Source of the DNA: Betaproteobacteria bacterium RIFCSPLOWO2_02_FULL_65_20
Lineage (GTDB): Bacteria; Pseudomonadota; Gammaproteobacteria; Burkholderiales; SG8-39
Direction of reading: 5' to 3'
DNA length: 45,866 bases
NCBI GenBank assembly: GCA_001770425.1
Contig: MEQZ01000087.1
Span: 1 to 45,866, forward strand
In this document: piece after piece, positions 14,984 through 25,642 of the stretch
Layout: each line of letters opens with the position of its first letter
Numbering within the stretch: position 1 is the stretch's first letter
Notes under the pieces: generated by a model
What the model was told of the DNA's origin: nothing
Seen by the model: the letters and a program-made list of their open reading frames with translations, nothing else
The model's database searches: none
Translations under genes and position numbers: made by a program

Positions 14984-15061
14984 TGGCGTGCCCGGCGGGA
15001 CTCGAACCCACAACCCCCAGCTTAGAAGGCTGGTGCTCTATCCTGGTTGAGCTACGGGCAC
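14984..15061 (-). tRNA. tRNA-Arg (TCT)
   Basis: The fold is acceptor GTGCCCG/CGGGCAC, D arm GCTC..GAGC, anticodon arm CCAGC-CTTCTAA-GCTGG, T arm GTGGG-TTCGAGT-CCCGC, with an encoded CCA. Confidence 0.93.
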
Positions 15062-15093
15062 TTGACCGGACCGGGTGCTACCGCACGTCTGTC

Positions 15094-15170
15094 TGGTCGG
15101 GGTGGAGAGATTCGAACTCCCGACATCTTGCTCCCAAAGCAAGCGCGCTACCGGGCTGCGCTACACCCCG
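15094..15170 (-). tRNA. tRNA-Pro (TGG)
   Basis: The fold is acceptor CGGGGTG/CACCCCG, D arm GCGC..GCGC, anticodon arm CTTGC-TTTGGGA-GCAAG, T arm GGGAG-TTCGAAT-CTCTC, with an encoded CCA. Confidence 0.93.
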
Positions 15171-15181
15171 AGAAGGCGAGT

Positions 15182-15210
15182 ATTCTACCCTCCGGCGGCG
15201 GCCAGTTCAA
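15182..15210 (-). promoter_or_regulatory. candidate sigma70 promoter of the tRNA Pro-Arg-His operon
   Basis: The minus strand reads TTGAAC-17 nt-TAGAAT. The -10 ends 11 nt before the mature tRNA-Pro 5' end, and a GC-rich discriminator follows. Confidence 0.5.
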
Positions 15211-15289
15211 CGCACCCCCGGAAAGCGTGGCTTTCGCTTGCCCCGCCCGCCTATTTCTGGTATCAAGACGCCTTCGCTTTTTCGTTGTA

Positions 15290-15724
15290 ATGGAGCTTGG
15301 TCAATTGGAACTGCAGCACAAGACTTTCCCGCCCTATGCCCCGAAGAAGGGCGAGCAATACATGAATCCCAGGCAGCGCGCGCACTTCAGGAAAATGCTG
15401 GAGGCGCTGAAGGAGGAACTGTCGCAGGATATCGACCGCACCGTGCAGACGATGCAGCACGAGGCGACGATTTTCGCCGACCCCAACGATCGCGCGAGCC
15501 AGGAGTCCGACATCGCCCAGGAACTGCGCAACCGCGACCGGGAGCGCAAGCTGATCAAGAAGATCGACGAGGCCATCACGCACATCGACAGCGGCGATTA
15601 CGGCTACTGCAACAATTGCGGCGTCGAAATCGGGTTGAAGCGGATCGAGGTACGGCCGACCGCGACCCTGTGCATCGACTGCAAGACCCTGGACGAACTC
15701 AGAGAGCGCCAGCTCGCGAGATAA
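15290..15724 (+). CDS. dksA: RNA polymerase-binding transcription factor DksA (144 aa)
   Basis: YMNPRQRAHFRKMLEALKEEL and NRDRERKLIKKIDEAI are present, plus the 4-Cys zinc finger CNNCGVEI..LCIDCK. The track ORF start 15047 runs through the tRNA genes, so ATG 15290 (MELGQLELQ) was taken. Confidence 0.92.
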   Translation: MELGQLELQHKTFPPYAPKKGEQYMNPRQRAHFRKMLEALKEELSQDIDRTVQTMQHEATIFADPNDRASQESDIAQELRNRDRERKLIKKIDEAITHIDSGDYGYCNNCGVEIGLKRIEVRPTATLCIDCKTLDELRERQLAR

Positions 15725-15745
15725 AGGGCGCCAGCGGCGCCCTTT
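15723..15745. terminator. bidirectional intrinsic terminator shared by convergent dksA and pnp
   Basis: AAAGGGCGCC-AGC-GGCGCCCTTT forms a perfect 10-bp stem with A/T runs on both sides. It overlaps the dksA stop and lies 20 nt beyond the pnp stop. Confidence 0.65.
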
Positions 15746-15765
15746 CACTTCCTCCCCCGCGCCGC

Positions 15766-17883
15766 TCAGCTCGAGGCGGCGGGCACTGCGTCCTTCACGG
15801 CCTTCATGGAAAGGCGCACGCGTCCCTTCTCGTCGGCCTCGAGCACCTTGACCTTCACGACCTGGCCTTCCTTGAGGTGATCGGACACGTTGTTGACGCG
15901 CTCGTGGCTGATCTGGGAGATGTGCAGCAGCCCGTCCTTGCCGGGCAGCAGCTGCACGATGGCGCCGAAATCGAGCAGCTTCAGCACCGTGCCGTCGTAG
16001 ACGCGGCCGATCTCGACGTCTGCGGTGATGTCCTCGATGCGTTTCTTCGCGGCCGCTCCGCCCTCGGAACTCACGCAGGCGATGGAAATCGTCCCGTCGT
16101 CGCCGATCTCGATGGTCGTGCCGGTCTCCTCCTGGATGGCCCGGATGACGATCCCGCCCTTGCCGATCACGTCGCGGATCTTCTCCGAATTGATTTTCAT
16201 CTTGATGATGCGCGGCGCGAAGCTGGAGATCTCGGTGCGCGAGCCTTCCAGCGCCTGGTGCATGATCTGGAGGATGTGCAGGCGTCCCTCGCGCGCCTGC
16301 CCGAGCGCAACGTGCATGATCTCCTTGGTGATGCCCTCGATCTTGATGTCCATCTGCAGCGCGGTGATGCCGCTCTCCGTGCCGGCCACCTTGAAGTCCA
16401 TGTCGCCCAGATGATCCTCGTCGCCCAGAATGTCGGACAGCACTGCAAAGCGGTTGCTTTCCTTGATCAGGCCCATCGCGATGCCGGCGACGTGCGCCTT
16501 GGTCGGCACCCCGGCATCCATCAGCGCGAGGCTCGCGCCGCAGACGCTCGCCATCGAGGAGGAGCCGTTGGATTCGGTCACTTCCGATACCACGCGGATC
16601 GAATAGGCAAACTCTTCCGCGCTGGGCAGCACCGCAAGCAGCGCCCGCTTTGCCAGGCGCCCGTGGCCGATCTCGCGGCGCTTGGGCGTGCCCATGCGCC
16701 CGGTCTCGCCGGTGGCGAACGGGGGCATGTTGTAGTGGAGCATGAACCGCTCCTTATATTCGCCCATCAGCGCGTCGATGATCTGCTGGTCGCGGCCCGT
16801 ACCCAGCGTTGCCACCACCAGCGCCTGGGTTTCACCGCGGGTAAACAGCGCCGAACCGTGCGTGCGGGGCAGCACGCCTACGCGAACGCTGATCGGGCGC
16901 ACGGTACGCGTGTCGCGGCCATCGATGCGCGGTTCGCCGTCCAGGATCTGGTTGCGCACGATCTTTCCCTCGAGCCCGAACAGGATGTCGCCGACCAGAT
17001 TCGAATCGAGCGGAGTTTCCGCACCCGCATTCAACTGTTCGGTCAGCTTGGCGCGGATTTCCTCCAGGCGGGCATTGCGGGCCTGTTTCTGGCGCAGGCT
17101 GTAGGCTGCGCGCAGATCGCCTTCGGCAAGCTCGGCGATGCGGTTGACGAGCGATTCGTGCTTTTCGGCCGGTTTCCAGTCCCACGCGGGTTTGGCGGCC
17201 AGGTCGGCAAGCTCGTTGATCGCCTGGATCGCCGCCTGCATCTGCTGGTGCCCGTACACCACCGCGCCGAGCATGACGTCCTCGGAGAGTTCCCGAGCTT
17301 CGGACTCGACCATCAGCACCGCGTGTTCGGTGCCGGCAACCACGAGATTGAGCGCACTCTCCTGCAGCTGGGTCGCGGTCGGATTGAGCACGTACTCGCC
17401 GCCGATATAGCCGACCCGGGCTCCGCCGATGGGGCCGTTGAACGGAACGCCCGAGAGCGTGAGCGCCGCCGACACGCCTATCATTGCCGGAATGTCCGGA
17501 TCCACCTCCGGATTGACCGACACCACCAGGGCGACGACCTGGATCTCGTTGTAGAAGCCGTCGGGGAACAGCGGCCGGATCGGACGGTCAATCAGCCGCG
17601 AGGTGAGGGTCTCCTTTTCCGAGGGCCTGCCTTCACGCTTGAAAAATCCCCCCGGGATCTTGCCTGCTGCATAGGTCTTCTCGACGTAGTCGACTGTAAG
17701 CGGGAAAAAGGCCTGCCCGGGCTTGGGCTCGCGCCTGCCGACCACTGCGCACAGGACGACGGTGTCGTCCATGTTGACCATCACCGCACCATCGGCCTGG
17801 CGGGCAATCTCGCCCGTTTCGAGGATAACCTGATGCGCGCCGTAGCTGAACGTTTTCGTGACAGACTTTAGAGACATGGACAT
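15766..17883 (-). CDS. pnp: polyribonucleotide nucleotidyltransferase (PNPase, 705 aa)
   Basis: It starts [34 protein letters not shown] and has two RNase PH domains, a KH domain ([16 protein letters not shown]) and an S1 domain ([32 protein letters not shown]). The start was chosen at ATG 17883; the track start 17931 adds 16 unlikely residues. Confidence 0.95.
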   Translation of the reverse strand: MSMSLKSVTKTFSYGAHQVILETGEIARQADGAVMVNMDDTVVLCAVVGRREPKPGQAFFPLTVDYVEKTYAAGKIPGGFFKREGRPSEKETLTSRLIDRPIRPLFPDGFYNEIQVVALVVSVNPEVDPDIPAMIGVSAALTLSGVPFNGPIGGARVGYIGGEYVLNPTATQLQESALNLVVAGTEHAVLMVESEARELSEDVMLGAVVYGHQQMQAAIQAINELADLAAKPAWDWKPAEKHESLVNRIAELAEGDLRAAYSLRQKQARNARLEEIRAKLTEQLNAGAETPLDSNLVGDILFGLEGKIVRNQILDGEPRIDGRDTRTVRPISVRVGVLPRTHGSALFTRGETQALVVATLGTGRDQQIIDALMGEYKERFMLHYNMPPFATGETGRMGTPKRREIGHGRLAKRALLAVLPSAEEFAYSIRVVSEVTESNGSSSMASVCGASLALMDAGVPTKAHVAGIAMGLIKESNRFAVLSDILGDEDHLGDMDFKVAGTESGITALQMDIKIEGITKEIMHVALGQAREGRLHILQIMHQALEGSRTEISSFAPRIIKMKINSEKIRDVIGKGGIVIRAIQEETGTTIEIGDDGTISIACVSSEGGAAAKKRIEDITADVEIGRVYDGTVLKLLDFGAIVQLLPGKDGLLHISQISHERVNNVSDHLKEGQVVKVKVLEADEKGRVRLSMKAVKDAVPAASS

Positions 17884-17955
17884 GGATTTTCCGATCTGGA
17901 TTGCTTGGAAGGGCTGCTTGCGCGCCCGCACGGGTTCATGGGACGAATGCCCCAG

Positions 17956-17989
17956 CTAAAACGCCCACCGGTGGGACCAGATGGGCGTT
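17956..17989 (-). terminator. rpsO terminator / rpsO-pnp intergenic hairpin
   Basis: The minus strand reads AACGCCCA-14 nt-TGGGCGTTTT, beginning 12 nt after the rpsO stop. The loop overlaps the nested 12-nt palindrome CCCACCGGTGGG, whose last four bases lie in the 3' stem arm. The U-run is only 4 nt, so termination is probably partial. Confidence 0.45.
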
Positions 17990-18001
17990 GGGGGAATAGG
18001 G

Positions 18002-18271
18002 TTATTTTCGCAGGCCAAGCTTGCCTATGAGTTGCCGGTACTTGTCAGCATTCTTGCGCTTCAGGTAGTCGAGCAGCTTGCGCCTATGGCTGACAAGGGT
18101 GAGCAGACCGCGCCGCGAATGGTGATCCTTGACGTTGGTCTTGAAGTGGCCGGCGAGGCCGTTGATGCGCGCCGTCAGCAGCGCCACCTGCACTTCAGGC
18201 GATCCGGTGTCGCCTTGGGCGCGCTGATGGTCCGTGATGATCTGCGCCTTTTGCGCAACCGTAACTGGCAT
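18002..18271 (-). CDS. rpsO: 30S ribosomal protein S15 (89 aa)
   Basis: [57 protein letters not shown] is the S15 sequence. There is a GGAGAG SD 7 nt upstream of ATG 18271. Confidence 0.97.
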   Translation of the reverse strand: MPVTVAQKAQIITDHQRAQGDTGSPEVQVALLTARINGLAGHFKTNVKDHHSRRGLLTLVSHRRKLLDYLKRKNADKYRQLIGKLGLRK

Positions 18272-18386
18272 TCGAATTCTCTCCGTCGTAAAGCACGTCA
18301 TTTTAAGGCAAAATCAGTAGGTACCACAAGGGCCTGTGTGCGTATTGCTCGCAAAGCGGCCGCAGGGGCCGGATGCTGCGCGGGCT

Positions 18387-19313
18387 TCAGGAGTCCGTCA
18401 GCAGCCGTATGGGGGACACCCCGCCCGAGCCGTCGGCAAGTGCCAGCCCGAGAAACCTTCGGCCCGTTCCATACACCCTCACCCGTCCGGCCGGGCTCCG
18501 TCCTTCACCCTGCCCTTCGCGCTCTATGGGCCCGACTGCCTGCCCGTGAAGGAAAGCGCCTTCCAGGTCGTCCGGCAACTGCACCGGCGGCAGATCCTGA
18601 ACCAGGACATCGACGGCCAGCAGCAAGCGGCTGCACTGGTCCGCCGCCAGCCCCTCGATGTCCTCGAGCCGGTGCGCCTGCTCGAGGCTGAATGCGCCGA
18701 CCGAGGTGCGCACCAGCCCTACGAGGTGTGCCCCGCATCCCAGCACTTCCCCTATGTCCTCGGCGAGCGTGCGCACATAGGTGCCCTTGCTGCACGAAAC
18801 CGAAAGCGTCGCCTCCTCGCCCTCAAGGTCTTCGAGATCCAGCGCGTTGACGGTAACTTTGCGCGCGGCGCGCTCAACGGTGATCCCCTTTCGCGCGTAG
18901 TCGTAAAGCGGCCGGCCCTCCCGCTTCAGCGCCGAATGCATCGGCGGGACCTGCATGATCTCGCCCCGGAAGCGCTCAAGCGAGCGCTCGAGCAGTTCGC
19001 GGGTCACCGACACCGGTCTGCGCTCCAGCACCTCGCCTTCGGCATCTCCGGTCGCAGTGCGTACTCCGAGCCGCAGCCGCGCAACATAGCGCTTGTCCGC
19101 CTCGAGCAGCTCGCCGGAAAACTTGGTCGCCTCGCCGAAGCACAACACCAGCAGGCCGCTTGCCATCGGGTCGAGGGTTCCCGTGTGCCCGCCGCGCTGT
19201 GCCTCCAGCAGCCGACGCGAGCGCTGCAGCGCCGCGTTGGAACTGATGCCGGAGGGTTTGTCCAGAAGCAGCACGCCGTCGATACGACGCCCATGCCGAC
19301 GCTTGGTGGCCAT
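18387..19313 (-). CDS. truB: tRNA pseudouridine(55) synthase TruB (308 aa)
   Basis: GVLLLDKPSGISSNAAL and the catalytic-Asp motif GHTGTLDPMASGLLVL are present. The start was taken at ATG 19313 (MATKRRHGRRIDG). Confidence 0.92.
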   Translation of the reverse strand: MATKRRHGRRIDGVLLLDKPSGISSNAALQRSRRLLEAQRGGHTGTLDPMASGLLVLCFGEATKFSGELLEADKRYVARLRLGVRTATGDAEGEVLERRPVSVTRELLERSLERFRGEIMQVPPMHSALKREGRPLYDYARKGITVERAARKVTVNALDLEDLEGEEATLSVSCSKGTYVRTLAEDIGEVLGCGAHLVGLVRTSVGAFSLEQAHRLEDIEGLAADQCSRLLLAVDVLVQDLPPVQLPDDLEGAFLHGQAVGPIEREGQGEGRSPAGRVRVYGTGRRFLGLALADGSGGVSPIRLLTDS

Positions 19314-19348
19314 GTGGTAGGGATGATTGACGGGGCGCGATTTTAACA

Positions 19349-19505
19349 CCTAAACCGGACGAGCCGGAACCAATCGGGCTGCCTTGTTTGACGCCACTTC
19401 TCTCTCGAATTCGGACCGTTGCAACTGCGCAACGGTCCGAATTCGAGAGACGTATACAAAACCCAATTCTTCGCCATTTCCACAATCGCTTGTGTCACAA
19501 GAGAC
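19349..19505 (-). repeat. palindrome-core intergenic repeat, copy B (core 19401..19450), divergent variant, reverse orientation
   Basis: The core is TCTCTCGAATTCGGACCGTTGC-AACTGC-GCAACGGTCCGAATTCGAGAGA, with perfect 22-bp arms. After reverse complementing, the flanks match the family: ATGGCGAAGAATTGGGTTTTGTATACG on one side and GGTTCCGGCTCGTCCGGTTTAGG on the other. Confidence 0.85.
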
Positions 19506-19538
19506 TAGAATACCAGTGTTGAAACTTGCGGAAAACCG

Positions 19539-20360
19539 ATGCAAACACCCTTGAAACCGGTCACGGTATCCGTTGCGCCCAACGGCGCCTACAAGACGAA
19601 GAAAGATCACCCCGGGCTGCCGATGACGGCAAAGGAACTCGGGGAAACCGCCGCCGCCTGCCATGACGCCGGCGCGGCGATGATTCATCTCCACGTGCGC
19701 GACCACGACGGTGTGCATCTGCTGGATGAGCACGCCTATCGCACCGCCACCGCAGCGGTTGCGCGCGCCGTCGGCCGCGACATGGTGGTGCAGATTACGT
19801 GTGAAGCAGGCGGCAGGTACAACCGGCAGGAGCAAATGGCGGTCGTGCGCGCGGTGGTGCCGGAGGCGGTGTCGATTGCGCTGCGCGATATCGTGCCCGA
19901 TGCGGCGGCCGAGGGTGACGCCGCGGCCTTCTATGCGTGGTTGCGCCGCGAGGGTGTGCTCATCCAGACGATTCTGTTCACGCCTGGGGAGGTGACGCGC
20001 TATTACGCGCTGCGCGAGCGCGGCGTGCTGGGAGAGGGCAAGGATTTCCTGTTGTTCGTGCTCGGGCGCTACACGCCCGGGCAAGTGTCGGTTCCGGCCG
20101 ATCTGCTGCCGTTCCTGTCGGTGTTCCGCGGCGATGTTCCCTGGGCCATGTGCGCGTTCGGGCGCCAGGAGCACGCCTGCGCCGTGACGGCCGCAGCGCT
20201 CGGGGGTCATGTGCGCGTGGGATTCGAGAACAATCTGCACGCTGCGGACGGCAGCGTTGCGGCAGACAACTCGGTACTGGTCCGCCAGGCAGCGGATGGC
20301 GCGCGATTTCTCGCGCGCCCGCTCGGGAGCGCGCAGGACCTGCGCGAGCTCTATTCCTGA
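19539..20360 (+). CDS. 3-keto-5-aminohexanoate cleavage enzyme family protein (BKACE/DUF849, 273 aa)
   Basis: APNGAYKTKKDHPGLPMTAKEL is followed by the Zn-ligand motifs AAMIHLHVRD (HxH) and HVRVGFEN (Glu). These are typical of the DUF849 TIM barrel. Confidence 0.8.
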   Translation: MQTPLKPVTVSVAPNGAYKTKKDHPGLPMTAKELGETAAACHDAGAAMIHLHVRDHDGVHLLDEHAYRTATAAVARAVGRDMVVQITCEAGGRYNRQEQMAVVRAVVPEAVSIALRDIVPDAAAEGDAAAFYAWLRREGVLIQTILFTPGEVTRYYALRERGVLGEGKDFLLFVLGRYTPGQVSVPADLLPFLSVFRGDVPWAMCAFGRQEHACAVTAAALGGHVRVGFENNLHAADGSVAADNSVLVRQAADGARFLARPLGSAQDLRELYS

Positions 20361-20716
20361 TCCGGCGTCCGGTCGGCGACGGCAGCGTCGATCAACTGGG
20401 TCAGGCGCACACCGCGTTCGACCGAGGCGTCGTATTCGAAATGCAGCTCGGGTGTGTTGTGCACCTTGATCCGGCGCCCCAGGGCCGAGCGCAGAAACCC
20501 GGCCGCGCGCCGCAGTCCGGCCTGCGATTGGGCCAGCGCCTGTGCATCGCCGAGGGAGGTGAAAAACACCCTGGCGTGCGCGAGATCCGCCGAGACATCG
20601 ACGTCGGTGATCGTAATCATGCCCACGCCCGGATCCTTCAACTCGGTGTGCAGGATCTCCGACAGTTCCCTCTGGATCTGCTCGGCGATGCGGTTAAGTC
20701 TTGCGGGATTGGCCAT
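20351..20716 (-). CDS. rbfA: ribosome-binding factor A (121 aa)
   Basis: MANPARLNRIAEQIQRELSEIL..DPGVGMITITDVDVSADLAHARVFF..PELHFEYD is the RbfA sequence. Confidence 0.95.
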   Translation of the reverse strand: MANPARLNRIAEQIQRELSEILHTELKDPGVGMITITDVDVSADLAHARVFFTSLGDAQALAQSQAGLRRAAGFLRSALGRRIKVHNTPELHFEYDASVERGVRLTQLIDAAVADRTPDQE

Positions 20717-20741
20717 GGTCGTCCCTTTCCCTGGTACGGGA

Positions 20742-20882
20742 GGCCCTGAGCCGTCAGAGCCTCAGCCGAGCAGCGAGGCTTGTCTTGCCTTACACCATCT
20801 CCCGATTTCGGGAAGTTGCAACTTCGCAACTTCCCGAAATCGGGAGACCTAATAAAACCTGAACGCTTCTCTAATGTCGCCT
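20742..20882 (-). repeat. palindrome-core intergenic repeat, copy C (core 20798..20847), reverse orientation
   Basis: The core on the plus strand is TCTCCCGATTTCGGGAAGTTGC-AACTTC-GCAACTTCCCGAAATCGGGAGA, with perfect arms. The reverse-complemented flank GAGAAGCGTTCAGGTTTTATTAGG matches the left flank of copy E. It lies between the infB stop and the rbfA start. Confidence 0.88.
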
Positions 20883-20895
20883 GGACCATAAGGCG

Positions 20896-23430
<2,535 letters not shown>

Positions 23431-23439
23431 GTGGCTCCA

Positions 23440-24918
23440 TCAACCTTCTGCGAACCAATGGGCGCGCGCATTCATGATCAGGGTCTTGGCGCGCTCCGGA
23501 TCGATACTGGCCATCTCCAGCAAGTCGTCGACGGCGAGGTCGGCGAGGTCGTCGCGGGTTTTCACGCCGGACTGCACGAGCTTCGCCGCGAGGTCGGCGT
23601 CCATGCCCTCCAGACTCAGCAGATTCATATCGACGTGCTCGGCCTGCTCCTCGCTCGCGATCGCCTGCGCCAGAAGTGCATCGCGCGCGCGGCTGCGAAG
23701 CTCGTTGACCGTAGCCTCGTCGAACGAAGCTATCTCCAGCATTTCCTGGATCGGCACATAGGCGACTTCCTCCAGCGTCGAGAAACCCTCCTGGATGAGG
23801 ATGTTCGCGACCTCTTCGTCGATGTCGATTTTCTCCATGAATAGCTGACGCACAGAAGCCGTCTCTTCCTCGGTCTTCTTGGTGGACTCTTCCTCCGTCA
23901 TGAGGTTGATGGTCCAGCCGGTGAGTTCCGATGCGAGCCGCACGTTCTGCCCGGCACGCCCGATCGCGATGGCGAGGTTTTCCTCGTCCACGACCACGTC
24001 CATGCTGTGCTTTTCCTCGTCGACCAGAATGCTCGACACCTCGGCGGGGGCGAGCGCCCCGATCACGAACTGCGCCGGATCGGCCGACCAGAGCACGATA
24101 TCCACGCGCTCTCCGGCCAGCTCCTGGGTGACCGCCTGCACACGCGAGCCGCGCATTCCGACGCAGGTGCCGATCGGGTCGATGCGCCGGTCGTTGGTGA
24201 ACACCGCGATCTTGGCGCGCACGCCCGGATCGCGGGCGGCGGACTTGATTTCGAGCAGCCCTTCCTCGATCTCAGGCACCTCGAGGCGAAACAGCTCGAT
24301 GATGAATTCGGGCGCCGTGCGCGACAGAATGAGCTGCGGTCCGCGCACCCCGCGATCGATGCGCATCAGGCAGGCGCGCACGCGGTCGCCGATACGCAGG
24401 TTTTCCTTCGGGATGATCTGGTCGCGGGGCAAACGCGCTTCGAGCCGCCCGACTTCGATGATGCCCTCTCCGCGCTCCATGCGCTTGATGGCTCCGGTGA
24501 CCAGCTTCTCCTCGCGCGCGAGGAAATCGGAAAGGAGCTGCTCGCGCTCCGCGTCGCGGATCCGCTGCAGAATCACCTGCTTGGCCGCCTGGGCACCGAT
24601 CCGTCCGAACGCAATCGGCTCCAGCTGCTCCTCGATGTACTCCTCAAGCTGGATATCAGCGTACTGCTTCTGTGCCTCGGTGAGGCCGATCTGGAATGGA
24701 GGGAACTCCACCGCATCGTCGGGGACAACCCGCCAGCGGCGGAATGACTCGAAATCGCCGGTGTCGCGGTCGACCGCGACCCTCACCTCGACATCCTCGT
24801 TGAATCGCTTCTTGGTCGCCGAGGCGATCGCCATTTCCAGCGCGCCAAGCACCGTTTCCTTGTGCACGTTCTTCTCGCGCGCCAGAGCGTCGACCAGCAA
24901 CAACAATTCGCGGCTCAC
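23440..24918 (-). CDS. nusA: transcription termination/antitermination factor NusA (492 aa, GTG start)
   Basis: It starts [17 protein letters not shown] and has S1 and two KH domains ([17 protein letters not shown]) plus C-terminal acidic AR repeats. The GTG overlaps the rimP stop (GTGA). Confidence 0.96.
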   Translation of the reverse strand: MSRELLLLVDALAREKNVHKETVLGALEMAIASATKKRFNEDVEVRVAVDRDTGDFESFRRWRVVPDDAVEFPPFQIGLTEAQKQYADIQLEEYIEEQLEPIAFGRIGAQAAKQVILQRIRDAEREQLLSDFLAREEKLVTGAIKRMERGEGIIEVGRLEARLPRDQIIPKENLRIGDRVRACLMRIDRGVRGPQLILSRTAPEFIIELFRLEVPEIEEGLLEIKSAARDPGVRAKIAVFTNDRRIDPIGTCVGMRGSRVQAVTQELAGERVDIVLWSADPAQFVIGALAPAEVSSILVDEEKHSMDVVVDEENLAIAIGRAGQNVRLASELTGWTINLMTEEESTKKTEEETASVRQLFMEKIDIDEEVANILIQEGFSTLEEVAYVPIQEMLEIASFDEATVNELRSRARDALLAQAIASEEQAEHVDMNLLSLEGMDADLAAKLVQSGVKTRDDLADLAVDDLLEMASIDPERAKTLIMNARAHWFAEG

Positions 24919-25430
24919 CTTGACCTCCTGCCCTGCATGTCGTACTTGGGAACCAGACGGGCTTTATCGAGATTCGCCAGTGCCAGCATTACTCGCGCAC
25001 CGTTCATCTCGATTTCCACCTGGTCACCGATCACCTGGCGCACCACCCCGACAAACCGCCGCCGCCCGTTCACCGGCTCCCGAAGGCGGACTTCGGCCTC
25101 CTGGCCCGCGAAGCGAATGAAATCAGCCGGCTTCCTGAGCTTTCGATCCAGTCCCGGCGAGGACACTTCCATCCGATCGTATTCGATCCCCTCGACTTCC
25201 AGGACTCTCTGCAACTGCCGGGTCGCTGTCTCGCAATCGGCGAGCGTAACGCTATCGGCGACGCTCCCGGAAGCCTTGCCAGGCTGTTCATGCACTTTAT
25301 CAATAAACACGCGTAACATCATTCCATGATTGGACAAATGGAAATCAGCGAGCTCGTAACCGAGCCCGCCGAGCGTCCGCTCGAGCAGTTGTTCCAGCGC
25401 GTTCAAACGGGTATCCGTAGCCAACCCCAT
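24915..25430 (-). CDS. rimP: ribosome maturation factor RimP (171 aa)
   Basis: [46 protein letters not shown] are RimP motifs. The start is ATG 25430 ([14 protein letters not shown]). The track start 25592 adds 54 junk residues across the AT-rich leader. No SD is evident. Confidence 0.85.
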   Translation of the reverse strand: MGLATDTRLNALEQLLERTLGGLGYELADFHLSNHGMMLRVFIDKVHEQPGKASGSVADSVTLADCETATRQLQRVLEVEGIEYDRMEVSSPGLDRKLRKPADFIRFAGQEAEVRLREPVNGRRRFVGVVRQVIGDQVEIEMNGARVMLALANLDKARLVPKYDMQGRRSR

Positions 25431-25461
25431 AAATGAAAAATGGGCTCTGAACAGCCCATTT
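25431..25461 (-). terminator. terminator-like leader hairpin abutting the rimP start codon (candidate attenuator)
   Basis: The minus strand reads AAATGGGCT-GTTCAG-AGCCCATTT followed by TTCATTT and then ATG. That is a 9-bp stem plus a U-rich tail. Confidence 0.45.
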
Positions 25462-25506
25462 CGAAATCCGAATCCGCAAATTCGAACCCAAATGCAAATC
25501 CAGTTA

Positions 25507-25515
25507 AGTATAACA
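25507..25515 (-). promoter_or_regulatory. candidate extended -10 promoter (TGTTATACT) for rimP-nusA-infB
   Basis: The minus strand reads TGTTATACT, directly downstream of the rluB terminator T-run. A weak -35 (TTGTTT) lies 17 nt upstream. The predicted leader is about 70 nt. Confidence 0.35.
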
Positions 25516-25546
25516 AAAAAAAGCTGCTGAAACAATGGTAAGCAGC
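25515..25546 (-). terminator. intrinsic terminator after rluB
   Basis: The minus strand reads GCTGCT-12 nt-AGCAGC followed by TTTTTTTT, about 95 nt after the rluB stop. Confidence 0.5.
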
Positions 25547-25642
25547 CCGGATTTTGCTTGCCGCGCCAGGCCGCCCTCGGCCGCTGTGCCACGACTCAAA
25601 CGCGCCTGAAATCGGGCGTTGCAGTATGGCAACGGCGAGCCG

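Noticed and set aside
14974-17871. 965-aa plus-strand ORF
   Set aside because: It runs through two tRNA genes and dksA out of frame, then antisense across all of pnp. It is a low-complexity shadow typical of high-G+C DNA.
20798-20847. The repeat cores as rho-independent terminators
   Set aside because: No T-run follows the stem on either strand in any copy. Copy C lies between co-transcribed essential genes, where efficient termination would be harmful.
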